Positions 10,842 to 19,745 of a stretch of DNA of 42,898 nt are shown here, piece after piece. The notes beneath the pieces are model-generated. The model had not been told where the DNA came from. It saw only the letters and a program-made list of their open reading frames with translations, and did no database searches. Origin of the DNA: Candidatus Thermofontivivens primus (lineage in GTDB: Bacteria > Sysuimicrobiota > Sysuimicrobiia > Sysuimicrobiales > Thermofontiviventaceae); the NCBI GenBank assembly GCA_031458695.1, contig JAVKJW010000020.1:1-42898 (forward strand), read 5' to 3'. A program made the translations under genes and the position numbers. How positions within the stretch are numbered: the first letter of the stretch is position 1; each line of letters opens with the position of its first letter.

Positions 10842-11544
10842 CCCTTGCCATCGCCTGGGCTTTGATGGGGTCGACCCGGATCCCCGGGCCCATGGTTGTG
10901 GAAAGGGTGATGGTGCGGATGTATTGCCCTTTCGCTGCCGCAGGGCGGGCGCGGACCACGGCATCGATCAGGGTGAAGAAATTCTCCAGCAGGGCTCCTT
11001 CAGAGAACGAAACCTTCCCAATGGCCGCGTGGATGATCCCAAATTTGTCGACCCGGAACTCGATTTTCCCCGCCTTAATCTCCCGGATGGCCCGCCCGAT
11101 ATCCATGGTGACGGTCCCAGCTTTGGGATTGGGCATGAGCCCCCGAGGGCCAAGAATCTTCCCGACCCTACCCACCAAGCTCATGACATCCGGGGTCGCC
11201 ACAGCGGCATCGAATTCGAGCCAACCACCCTGGATCCGCTCGATGAGATCTTCCACACCAACCACATCGGCCCCTGCCTCCTGGGCCTCCTTTGCCTTTT
11301 CCCCTTTGGCAAAGGCGATAACCCGTACGCTCTTGCCAGTGCCGTGAGGAAGGACGACGGTCCCACGAACCTGTTGGTCCGCATGCTTGGGGTCTACACC
11401 GAGCCGGATGGCTACCTCGACCGTCTCATCAAACTTCGCCCGGGCCGTCTGCTTAACAAGACGGATGGCTTCCTCAGGGGGATAAAGCTTCCCCTTTTCT
11501 ACGAGCGCGCTTACGGCGAGATAGCGTTTCCCATGTTTTCCCAT
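10834..11544 (-). CDS. rplA: 50S ribosomal protein L1
   Basis: [47 protein letters not shown] 11544 follows SD GAGGGGG. Confidence 0.98.
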   Translation of the reverse strand: MGKHGKRYLAVSALVEKGKLYPPEEAIRLVKQTARAKFDETVEVAIRLGVDPKHADQQVRGTVVLPHGTGKSVRVIAFAKGEKAKEAQEAGADVVGVEDLIERIQGGWLEFDAAVATPDVMSLVGRVGKILGPRGLMPNPKAGTVTMDIGRAIREIKAGKIEFRVDKFGIIHAAIGKVSFSEGALLENFFTLIDAVVRARPAAAKGQYIRTITLSTTMGPGIRVDPIKAQAMARVA

Positions 11545-11602
11545 TGGCAATGCCCCCTCTATGAAGCCTCTGTAAAGGTCAAAGGCTGTTTGCGGGAGTA
11601 CC

Positions 11603-12028
11603 TCAGTCCACCACTTCAATCCCCATGGAGCGAGCTGTCCCCTCGATCATGCGCGCAGCCGCTTCGAGATCCGTGGTGTTGAGGTCCGGGAGCTTAAGCT
11701 TCGCGATCTCCCGAATCTGTTCTCGCGTGACTCGTCCGACCTTTATCCTGTTGGGCTCACCAGATCCTTTCTCCACCCCAGCTGCTTGCCGGAGCAGGAC
11801 TGAGGCTGGGGGGGATTTGGTGACAAAGGTGAAGCTTCGGTCGGAGTAAATGGTAACCTCCACTGGGACGATCGTCCCCTCCATCGAGGCTGTGCGCTGG
11901 TTATATTGCTTGCAGAACTCCATGATGTTGACCCCGTGCTGGCCCAGAGCAGGCCCAACGGGGGGCGCAGGAGTTGCCTTCCCAGCAGGAATCTGGAGCT
12001 TGACGACTGCGACGATCTTCTTTGCCAT
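11603..12028 (-). CDS. rplK: 50S ribosomal protein L11
   Basis: [31 protein letters not shown]...GTARSMGI. Confidence 0.99.
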   Translation of the reverse strand: MAKKIVAVVKLQIPAGKATPAPPVGPALGQHGVNIMEFCKQYNQRTASMEGTIVPVEVTIYSDRSFTFVTKSPPASVLLRQAAGVEKGSGEPNRIKVGRVTREQIREIAKLKLPDLNTTDLEAAARMIEGTARSMGIEVVD

Positions 12029-12038
12029 AAGTCCTCCT

Positions 12039-12692
12039 CTAGACCTTCTCTACCTGGGAGAAGTCCAGCTCCACTGGGGTCTCGCGGCCGAAAATGGAGA
12101 CCAAGACCCGCACCTTCTCCTTGTCGTAGAGGATCTCATCTACGACCCCGGTGAACTCCTGGAACGGCCCAGAGACGATACGCACGGCATCCCCCTTCTG
12201 GTAGTTGATCCGCAGCTTAGGGGTGTCCGTGACGAGTTGGCGGAGGATTTGTTTGACTTCCTGCTCCCCCAAGGGAACAGGCTTCCCCCCCGATCCGACG
12301 AACCCTGTGACCCCCGGGGTGTTCCGGACCACGTACCAGGAGTCGTCATCCATGATCATTTCCACAAGGACGTATCCAGGGAAGATCTTCCGTTTTGCGA
12401 TGCGGCGTTTTCCCTCCTTGATCTCAATCTCATCCTCGGTAGGAATGAGCACCCGGAAGATTTTGTGCTTCATGTTCATAGAAGCAACACGCCGCTCGAG
12501 GTTGGTCTTTACCTTGTTTTCGTATCCCGAGTAGGTGTGGATGACATACCACTTCCGTCTCTCGTCGTGGGCCTCGAGGTCCTCTTCAAGGGCCTCCAGT
12601 GCGTCCCGCGCCTCCTCGGTGCCGAGTTTCAGCTCCTCCACCCTCTCCTGCTTGGTCTTCTTGTCCTTCGTCTCTACCACCGCGACCACCAC
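12039..12692 (-). CDS. nusG: Transcription elongation factor NusG (start GTG 12692, 12689 or 12680)
   Basis: [39 protein letters not shown] motif, [11 protein letters not shown]. Confidence 0.97.
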   Translation of the reverse strand: MVVAVVETKDKKTKQERVEELKLGTEEARDALEALEEDLEAHDERRKWYVIHTYSGYENKVKTNLERRVASMNMKHKIFRVLIPTEDEIEIKEGKRRIAKRKIFPGYVLVEMIMDDDSWYVVRNTPGVTGFVGSGGKPVPLGEQEVKQILRQLVTDTPKLRINYQKGDAVRIVSGPFQEFTGVVDEILYDKEKVRVLVSIFGRETPVELDFSQVEKV

Positions 12693-12746
12693 ACGACTTG
12701 AGATCTGAGGAAATCTCTTGGGGATCCTGAAAGCCCTGTGAGCTGT

Positions 12747-13019
12747 CTAAGGGCCTATCACTCCTGTCACCTTCTGGAAGATCCACGTGAACAGGAGGTC
12801 CCAACCTCCTAAGTATAAGGAAAGGATGAGCACCACCACAACCACGACCAGCGTGGAGGCAATAAGCTCCTGCCGGGTCGGCCACGTGACTCTTGCAAGT
12901 TCAGACCGCACCTCGCGAAGGTATCGGGTCACCCGCTCCCACGTCGCTGGGAGACGACGGGGGATAGCCTGCCGGGCTACCCGCTGGCTGACCTTCTCAA
13001 TTCCTTGGGTCCGCGCCAT
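12747..13019 (-). CDS. secE: Preprotein translocase subunit SecE
   Basis: YLREVRSELARVTWPTRQEL plus a single TM helix; upstream of nusG. Confidence 0.95.
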   Translation of the reverse strand: MARTQGIEKVSQRVARQAIPRRLPATWERVTRYLREVRSELARVTWPTRQELIASTLVVVVVVLILSLYLGGWDLLFTWIFQKVTGVIGP

Positions 13020-13103
13020 CCATGCTCTCCCGTCCGCGCCATAGCCAAGCTGTGAACCGGGCCCAAAATAAAAAAGACCTACTTCACCCTGCCCACAGGC
13101 CCC

Positions 13104-13131
13104 ATTATAACAAATCGCCGTCTTGTGTCAA
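13104..13131 (-). promoter_or_regulatory. Consensus sigma70 promoter of secE-nusG-rplKA
   Basis: TTGACA (13131-13126), 16 bp, TATAAT (13109-13104), extended -10 TG. Confidence 0.88.
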
Positions 13132-13309
13132 CGCACCTTCGCCCCACGAGTCCAACGATTCCAAACTGCCCGCACCTTCCCCCTTGCCTGGGGATATGGT
13201 CGCTTGTCCAATGTCCCCTGTGGGAGCCCCGCCACCTCCTCAGTCTGTCCGAATTCTCGGTACGATCCTTATGCTATCCCGCCAACAGATTTCGCTGGGG
13301 CTTCCCGCA

Positions 13310-14212
13310 TCACAATCGTTCCTGACGCATGGCTGTGGTGATCCGCCCGCCAATAACCTTGAGGCCCGAGACAAAGGAAGAGAAAACCCAGACTACTGGC
13401 CTCACAGCAAACGAGAGGACCAGGTTCACCCCCCGGAAGACCGAACGGATCCACCGTAGGCGCCTGCCCACCCACTGCAGGGGAGGAAGGTGGGCGTAGA
13501 CGATGGTCAGGAGGATGGTCCCAGCGGAAATGGAGAACCTGGTGAGGTCGCCGAGGTGAATCCCGGTAAGTCTCTGGATCAGGACCTCCATCCCGATGAT
13601 GAACACAAGGATGAATGCCGCAGGCTTGAGAATGGGCTCCCGCTCAATGAGTAAGACAAAGATCCCGGCCGCGAAGCGCATGGTCAGGATGCCAATCGCC
13701 ACGCCCGTCATCACAACCCAAAGTCTATTGGAAAGGGCCACGGCAGCCACCACGTTGTCCAGGCTGAACGCAAGGTCGGCAAGCTCCACGGAGAGGACGA
13801 CGGACCAAAACCCCTTCTCCGCAGTCTGGATGGTTGCAACATGGATGTTCTCGCCATCCGGATTCGTTGAGTACGTCGCCTCGTCGCCCAGGTGATCGGC
13901 CCCGAGCTTAATCAAGTAAAGAGCACCGAGGAAGATCAGCCAGGGGTTCCGGATAATGTAGCTGGCCAAGACCAGCATCAGCCCGCGGCCCAAATATGCC
14001 CCTAGAAGCCCGACCTTGAGGGCAGCCATGCGCTGCGGGCCAAAGATGCGGTGCACCGGCTTGCTCAGCCAGCGTAGGATCCTCGGCCAGGGGACCGGCT
14101 CGTCACTGGGCAGAGGGGAGACTAGCGCAGCCAGAACTGCTGCGTTATCGATCGAGAGGATCCCTTCCAGGTAGATGAGCTGGAGAATAATCAGGATGAC
14201 CGAAAGATCCAT
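13310..14212 (-). CDS. TerC family integral membrane protein (YkoY/MeeY-like)
   Basis: LEGILSIDNAAVL, ALKVGLLGAYLGRG and VELADLAFSLDNVVAAVA motifs; multiple TM helices. Confidence 0.9.
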   Translation of the reverse strand: MDLSVILIILQLIYLEGILSIDNAAVLAALVSPLPSDEPVPWPRILRWLSKPVHRIFGPQRMAALKVGLLGAYLGRGLMLVLASYIIRNPWLIFLGALYLIKLGADHLGDEATYSTNPDGENIHVATIQTAEKGFWSVVLSVELADLAFSLDNVVAAVALSNRLWVVMTGVAIGILTMRFAAGIFVLLIEREPILKPAAFILVFIIGMEVLIQRLTGIHLGDLTRFSISAGTILLTIVYAHLPPLQWVGRRLRWIRSVFRGVNLVLSFAVRPVVWVFSSFVSGLKVIGGRITTAMRQERL

Positions 14213-14221
14213 GACACCCTC

Positions 14222-15247
14222 CTATCCAACGAAGTAGAGCACGGCAAAATAGACCAGGAGAAGGACCAACCCAAGAGGAACACCTACCCTTGCCCACTCC
14301 CGGCTGCGGATCCTGAGCTTGTTGGCCGCGATGATGTTCGGGATGTTCCCAGGGATGAGCATCCCCCCGCTGATGAGCAACCCCATCAGGACGGCCCGTA
14401 CCTGGGAATGCGTCATGTGTGGCCCGACCTCTGCAGCTGTGAGGGTGGCGTTATCCACCACCGCGGAGATCATGTTGATCCAGTACAGGATCATCGCATC
14501 AAGCCGGATCAAGTATTGCTCGATAACCGGGCGCAGCCCGCCGCCAAGGAAGATGAGCGCCATAACGAACAGGTAGACGCGCAACGCCCTGGTAAGGACC
14601 GCGCTGTATGGTTCCGGTGCATCCACAGCTGTGAGGGTATCCTCGGAGCGCTTCACGGGCATCACCAGGGTGGCCAATGCGAGGGCGAGGATCCCTGGGA
14701 TGATCCAGAGCCCCAGGAGACGCAACAGGAAGAAGAAGTCCTGGTCAAGGTTTGCGGTGGCAATGGTGCTTAAAGGCTCTCCCACCGGTGTCAGGGCAGC
14801 CCCAAGCCCGATGGCTAGGCAGGCTACGACGACCAACCGGGCTTCATCCTCTCTACGGAGCCGGAAGGTGCTCACCATCTCGACCAGGACAAGGGAAGCG
14901 ATGATCGCTGTGATGACGCTGGACACAAGCCCCAGCACCAGCACGATTCCTGCCAGGAGGACCTGCGGAGAGACGCGTTGCGTAAAGCGATCGACCAGTG
15001 AAGCAAGGAAGTGACGGGACCACTTGAAGAGGAGGCCGGAAAAGAAGACCGCAAGGGTAATTGGGATCGGCTCCATGAGCGCCTCGCGCACCAGATGCCC
15101 GTCGAGGACCCTGGCGATCCACGCAGCGGCCAACCCCATGATGAACAGAAAGGCTTCCAAATTGTGCTCGACGGTCTTCCAAAGGAACGGACCAACGAGA
15201 ACCAGGATGAGGATGAGGATGTCTGCTACGACAACAGTTGTATCCAT
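14222..15247 (-). CDS. DUF1646 family predicted cation transporter
   Basis: VEHNLEAFLFIMG, GLGAALTPVGEPLSTIA, SAVVDNATLTAAE, GGMLIPGNIPNIIAA; very hydrophobic. Confidence 0.82.
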   Translation of the reverse strand: MDTTVVVADILILILVLVGPFLWKTVEHNLEAFLFIMGLAAAWIARVLDGHLVREALMEPIPITLAVFFSGLLFKWSRHFLASLVDRFTQRVSPQVLLAGIVLVLGLVSSVITAIIASLVLVEMVSTFRLRREDEARLVVVACLAIGLGAALTPVGEPLSTIATANLDQDFFFLLRLLGLWIIPGILALALATLVMPVKRSEDTLTAVDAPEPYSAVLTRALRVYLFVMALIFLGGGLRPVIEQYLIRLDAMILYWINMISAVVDNATLTAAEVGPHMTHSQVRAVLMGLLISGGMLIPGNIPNIIAANKLRIRSREWARVGVPLGLVLLLVYFAVLYFVG

Positions 15248-15311
15248 GAGCTAACCCCACCACAAACCCTACCAAAGACCAGGGGGTGAGGCAATAGGGA
15301 GCGTTTCGAAA

Positions 15312-16838
15312 CTACACCACCTCCACAGGTTCAGCCTCAGGCTGCTTTGGCCGCAGCTTGATCCAGACCATCCGGATCAGCGGCAGGAGGAAGAGGAAGA
15401 GAGAAGCCGCCATGAACACCGCTGAGATGGGGCGGGTGAAGAAGATAGCGGGTGAGCCATGGCCCATGATGAGGGCTTGACGCATTGCTTGTTCGGTCAT
15501 GTCCCCAAGGACAAGGGCAACCACGAGGGGGGCCAGCGGGTAACCCAGTTTCTTGAAGACATACCCAGCCACCCCTGATCCGAGCATGATCCAGAGGTCA
15601 AGCACCTGGTTGTTCACCGCGTAAGCCCCGATGGAAGAAAGGATCACAATAAGCGGTGCCAGGATCCCAAACGGGATCCGGTTGATCGACGCGAACACGG
15701 GGACGAGGGTGAGAACAAGTATCACCCCGATCACATTGGCCAGATACATGGAGCCGATCAAACCCCACACAAACTCCCGTTGCTCCTTGAACAGGAGCGG
15801 CCCTGGGTTCAGCCCCCAGATGAAGAAACCTGCGAGCATCACCGCCGCCGTGGGGGAACCGGGGATCCCAAGCGTGACCATAGGCAGGAGGGCACCGATC
15901 CCGGCAGCATGCGCGGCGGTCTCAGGGGCAACGACCCCTTCAACCTCTCCCTTGCCAAACCGCTCAGGATGCCTGCTGAACTGCTTGGCCAGCCCGTAAG
16001 ACATGAAGGAAGCAGGAGTGGCCCCGGTTCCTGGCAAGACGCCGATCCAGAACCCCAGGATCGTTCCCCGCACAATCGTCCAGATGTAGCGGGGAAACAT
16101 CTTCCAGGTCTCCCAGATGTCCCGAAAGCTGAGCCTCGCCTCAACCCCTTCGATGCGTAACCCCTCCTCCACCGTCAGGAAGATCTCCCCAAGCCCGAAG
16201 AGACCGATGGCAATCACGACGAAGCTAATGCCACTTTGGAGCGAGGTCAGCCCGAAGTGCATGCGGGGCATGCCGCTCACCACGTCGAAGCCCACAGTAC
16301 TCAGGAGCAACCCCAAAAACGTCATGAACAGCGTCTTCCAGGGGTTCGCACCCCCTAGCCCGGTGAACGTGGCAAATGCCATGAGCAGGACGGCGAAGTT
16401 CTCGGGTGGCCCGAACTTCAGGGCGAGCTCCGCAAGGGGCGGGGCGAAGAAGGTAAATAGAATAATAGCGACCAGCGCGCCGATGAATGAGGAGGTAAAC
16501 GCTGCCGTGAGAGCTATCCCTGCCTTCCCCTGCTTGGCCAGGGGATGCCCGTCGAATGTCGTGGCCACCGACCAGGGCTCCCCAGGGATGTTGAACAAGA
16601 TGGAGGTAATCGCTCCCCCGAAGATCGCTCCCCAGTATACCGAGGAGAGCAAAATGATCGCTGCCGTGGGGGAGAGCTTGAAGGTCAGCGGGAGGAGGAG
16701 GGCAACCCCGTTGGTCCCCCCGAGGCCCGGGAGAACACCGATGATCGTTCCCAGGACAAGCCCCACCACCGCAACCAAGAGGTTTTGCGGGGCCGCCGCA
16801 ACACTCAGGCCGTAGAAAAGATCGCTGAAGACGGACAT
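15312..16838 (-). CDS. tctA: Tripartite tricarboxylate transporter large permease
   Basis: GTIIGVLPGLGG, ILFNIPGEP..ATTFDGHPLAKQG, TLGIPGSPTAA, GLNPGPLLF. Confidence 0.93.
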   Translation of the reverse strand: MSVFSDLFYGLSVAAAPQNLLVAVVGLVLGTIIGVLPGLGGTNGVALLLPLTFKLSPTAAIILLSSVYWGAIFGGAITSILFNIPGEPWSVATTFDGHPLAKQGKAGIALTAAFTSSFIGALVAIILFTFFAPPLAELALKFGPPENFAVLLMAFATFTGLGGANPWKTLFMTFLGLLLSTVGFDVVSGMPRMHFGLTSLQSGISFVVIAIGLFGLGEIFLTVEEGLRIEGVEARLSFRDIWETWKMFPRYIWTIVRGTILGFWIGVLPGTGATPASFMSYGLAKQFSRHPERFGKGEVEGVVAPETAAHAAGIGALLPMVTLGIPGSPTAAVMLAGFFIWGLNPGPLLFKEQREFVWGLIGSMYLANVIGVILVLTLVPVFASINRIPFGILAPLIVILSSIGAYAVNNQVLDLWIMLGSGVAGYVFKKLGYPLAPLVVALVLGDMTEQAMRQALIMGHGSPAIFFTRPISAVFMAASLFLFLLPLIRMVWIKLRPKQPEAEPVEVV

Positions 16839-16906
16839 CGCTCGCCTCCTGAATAGCCGTGATTTCCAGGGACCCCGGCAATGGTCTGAGCGTTATGCCG
16901 GCGTCC

Positions 16907-17398
16907 TTACTTCCCTCCGTAGAGCAGGGTTTCCAGGATCACCCCCTTGGGCATGGGAAGGAGGAACCAGCGTTCGAAGATCAAGAAGAGAACAAATGGG
17001 ATCGCGGTGCTCACGAGCAGAATCGTAGGCCAGCGGAACCGACCTACGAACCGCATGTACCCGGCTAGGTAGAGGAACCCTCCCACGTAGATCCCAAAAT
17101 AGTCGATCAGGGCAACAACTCCTGCGATTGGAAGCAGGACGGCAAGCAAAGGCTTCACCGACCTCCGTTCCAAGAACGGGACATCCACTCCTCCCCCTTC
17201 CTGGGCTGCAAGACGCTTTAGGCTCTGGACAAGGATCACTGCCCCGGAGAGCAACACTCCTACAGCGAGCCAGAAAGGAAAGAACCCTGACCCAGGACCG
17301 GTATCCGTCCACCCAATAGGGAGCTTCAGCGCCTGGCGGAGCATAACACCACCACCGAGGAGCAATAACGAAGCGACCACCGCTTCTGCCTTTCGCAT
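16907..17398 (-). CDS. tctB: Tripartite tricarboxylate transporter small permease
   Basis: GPGSGFFP, about 4 TM helices, FERWFLLPMPKG; between tctC and tctA. ATG 17398 follows a purine-rich SD. Confidence 0.88.
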   Translation of the reverse strand: MRKAEAVVASLLLLGGGVMLRQALKLPIGWTDTGPGSGFFPFWLAVGVLLSGAVILVQSLKRLAAQEGGGVDVPFLERRSVKPLLAVLLPIAGVVALIDYFGIYVGGFLYLAGYMRFVGRFRWPTILLVSTAIPFVLFLIFERWFLLPMPKGVILETLLYGGK

Positions 17399-17455
17399 CT
17401 CCCTCTCTCCCAATTTTGGCGCGGGAGGAGGCCTACGCGCCTCCTCCCGCATGCA

Positions 17456-18490
17456 TTAGGACTTAGGGATCAATCCACCCTTGATCATCAGGTTCCGGAT
17501 TGTCCGTTCCTTTTCTTCGAGCCACCGCTCAAACGCTGGCCCGGTGAGGAAGGCCTCGTCGAAGGCCCCTCTTTCGATGAAGTCCTTCATCTCTGGCGTG
17601 TCCAGGAGCTTGCGGAAGAGGTCCTGGTACCAGGCCACCGCCTCTTTCGGCATCTGGGGCGGGCCGAAGATTCCGCGGAGCATCTGGTATTCAATGGGAT
17701 ACCCCAGCTCTTTCATCGTCGGGATGTCCTTCCACTTCCCGAAGGGGATCCGTTTCGATGCGAACACAGCGAGGGGACACAGCCTCCCCGCGTCCCAGTG
17801 CCCGACCATCTCCAAGGGGTTGTTCACGCTGAAATCGGTCTGCCCGCCAACTACCGCCGCGGCCACCGCTCCTCCCCCTGGGAAGGGAACGTAGGTGAAG
17901 TCCACCTTCCACGTCTGCTCGAGGAGGACCATGATGATCTCGTCCTCCTGCTTGGAGCCTGTCCCGGACATCTTGAAGGTCCCAGGTGGAGCAGACTCTA
18001 CGGCTTTCTTGAAGTCTGCCACCGTCTTCCACCCCCGGTCACAGCGGACGGTGAGGGCGAAGTTATCGAGCAGGAGCCGGGCGATAGGGGTCATATCCCG
18101 CCAGGTGAACCGCGAACCATCGGGCTTCTTCAGCACCTGGACAAGCGGCGTGGTGAAGAGGTTATCGAGCGTAATGAGGATGATGTGCGGGCTCCCAGTC
18201 CGCTCGAGCATGTACAGGAAACCCTGGGCACCTGCGCCTGCAGGGCGATTGACTGGGATGAGCGGCTGAGGCGAAAGCTTGTACTTGGCGATGAGCGGGG
18301 CCATGAAGCGGGCTTGCTGATCTGCACCGCCGCCGGTCCCCGCAGGGATCACCCACTCAATGGGTCGCGTCGGGGAAAAGGTCGGGGCCGCATCGATCAG
18401 TCGAGTCCCCGTGGAGAGAAGGAAGATCGCGCCGAGGGCCAAAATAAGGCCCCGGCGAGCCCAGCGTCGTGCTCCTTTCAATTTATCCAC
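17456..18490 (-). CDS. tctC: TTT substrate-binding protein, Bug family (start GTG 18490 or TTG 18481)
   Basis: PTRPIEWVIPAGTGGGAD, VNRPAGAGA, YVPFPGGG, IPTMKELG, RGIFGPP; signal peptide. Confidence 0.9.
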   Translation of the reverse strand: MDKLKGARRWARRGLILALGAIFLLSTGTRLIDAAPTFSPTRPIEWVIPAGTGGGADQQARFMAPLIAKYKLSPQPLIPVNRPAGAGAQGFLYMLERTGSPHIILITLDNLFTTPLVQVLKKPDGSRFTWRDMTPIARLLLDNFALTVRCDRGWKTVADFKKAVESAPPGTFKMSGTGSKQEDEIIMVLLEQTWKVDFTYVPFPGGGAVAAAVVGGQTDFSVNNPLEMVGHWDAGRLCPLAVFASKRIPFGKWKDIPTMKELGYPIEYQMLRGIFGPPQMPKEAVAWYQDLFRKLLDTPEMKDFIERGAFDEAFLTGPAFERWLEEKERTIRNLMIKGGLIPKS

Positions 18491-18579
18491 CCCCCTGCCC
18501 TGGATTTCCCCGGTACACCGAGAACTCCAGTACACCGGGTTTTTCAAGATAATCAAGAAAAAGCTATCATTAGTACATA

Positions 18580-18609
18580 GGCGGGCTTTCCGCTTGCGGA
18601 AAGCCCGCC
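18580..18609 (-). terminator. Strong hairpin between the oxidoreductase genes and tctC
   Basis: Perfect inverted repeat GGCGGGCTTTCCGC-TT-GCGGAAAGCCCGCC followed by AT-rich sequence, with no clean U-run. Confidence 0.55.
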
Positions 18610-18685
18610 CTGTCGCCTCTGCTTATGCTCCCGGTGTTCGCTCGCCATAGGAGGTCGTAGCTTTTTGATACAATATCCGACCTCT

Positions 18686-19699
18686 CTACTCCTCCTTCTC
18701 CAGCTCCTTCTCGAGTTCCTTCCGGAAAGGGATCACCCCGGGGATGAGCCACTTCTCCCACATCTCATCGATCTTGGACTGGAAGTACTCGATATCCTCA
18801 TCGGTGAAGTGAGCGAACCTACCCTGCCGGAGCAAGTACTCCCGCACGGGCAAGCGCTTCTGTCTCCCTTCGGCAATGGCCTTGGTCTTCCCGTAGAGCT
18901 TAAGGACACCGTTCTCGACCTCATAGAGAGGCCAGACCCCTGTGAGGACAGCTAGCTCCCCAAGTTCATGGGAGAGCATCGGGTCGTAGTCCCAACCCTT
19001 GGGGCATGGATCGATGGAGTGGATGAAGGTGGGGCCACCGATGGAGAGCGCCTTCCGTACCTTGTTCATCATGTCCACCGCGTAAGACGCGCACACTGTG
19101 GCAACGTACCGACACTCTGGGTGACCTGCAGCGAGCATCCCAGCCACGTTCTTCTTCCAGCGGCGGTGCAGGATGCGGCGCATGGAGCCTGGAGGACTGA
19201 AGGTGGTGTGCGCGCCCCAGGGGGTCAGGCCGGAGACTTGGATATCGGTGTTGGCATAGGACTCGTTGTCGTAGAGCAGGATCAGGAAATTGTATTCGCT
19301 GTGGGTGAGCGCTGCGGAGATCGCAGAGAGCCCCATGTCTGCGCCACCACCGTCTCCGCAGAAGGCGATGACGTTGATCGGCTCTTCCTTGATCTTCCCC
19401 TTGCGCATGAGCGCCTTGAGCCCTGCAGCGGTCCCCAGGGCTGCGGAACCTGAAGAACCTAACTGGGTGTGCATCCATGGGACGACCCAGGAGGTGCTGT
19501 AGTATGTGGTGTTGGCCACGTACATGCATCCGGTGCTTCCGAGCACAATCGTTCTCGGCCCGGCAGCCTTCACCATGAGCTTCATCACCAGGGCCGATTC
19601 GCACCCCTGGCAGGTCCTGTGACCTGCGGTGAAGTACTCCTCCAGCGGGACCTTTTTCACACCTTTGAAGGGTTCCAAAACCTGCGTTTGCGTGCTCAT
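18686..19699 (-). CDS. 2-oxoacid:ferredoxin oxidoreductase beta subunit (TPP-binding), oxalate oxidoreductase-like
   Basis: GHRTCQGC, TGCMYVANT, GDGG...YDNESYANT (TPP motif), PCPKGW. Confidence 0.9.
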   Translation of the reverse strand: MSTQTQVLEPFKGVKKVPLEEYFTAGHRTCQGCESALVMKLMVKAAGPRTIVLGSTGCMYVANTTYYSTSWVVPWMHTQLGSSGSAALGTAAGLKALMRKGKIKEEPINVIAFCGDGGGADMGLSAISAALTHSEYNFLILLYDNESYANTDIQVSGLTPWGAHTTFSPPGSMRRILHRRWKKNVAGMLAAGHPECRYVATVCASYAVDMMNKVRKALSIGGPTFIHSIDPCPKGWDYDPMLSHELGELAVLTGVWPLYEVENGVLKLYGKTKAIAEGRQKRLPVREYLLRQGRFAHFTDEDIEYFQSKIDEMWEKWLIPGVIPFRKELEKELEKEE

Positions 19700-19745
19700 G
19701 ATCTCCCTCCCTCACGGATTCCCCTTAGGGGCATGACGCATCTCC

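Noticed and set aside
11545..11602. Possible L1-binding leader between rplK and rplA (hairpin AGCCTTTG/CAGAGGCT)
   Set aside because: The hairpin is present, but the L1 asymmetric-loop consensus could not be recognised.
10435..11682. 415-aa plus-strand ORF crossing rplA and the rplJ leader
   Set aside because: Antisense to rplA and the L10 leader, with no domain signature; stop-poor by GC content.
15248..15311. Expected yybP-ykoY Mn riboswitch ahead of the DUF1646-TerC pair
   Set aside because: The spacer is only 64 bp and shows no consensus motif.
18449..18470. Twin-arginine-like ARRWARRGLI in the TctC signal peptide
   Set aside because: Does not fit S/T-R-R-x-F-L-K well; cannot be told apart from a basic Sec n-region by eye.
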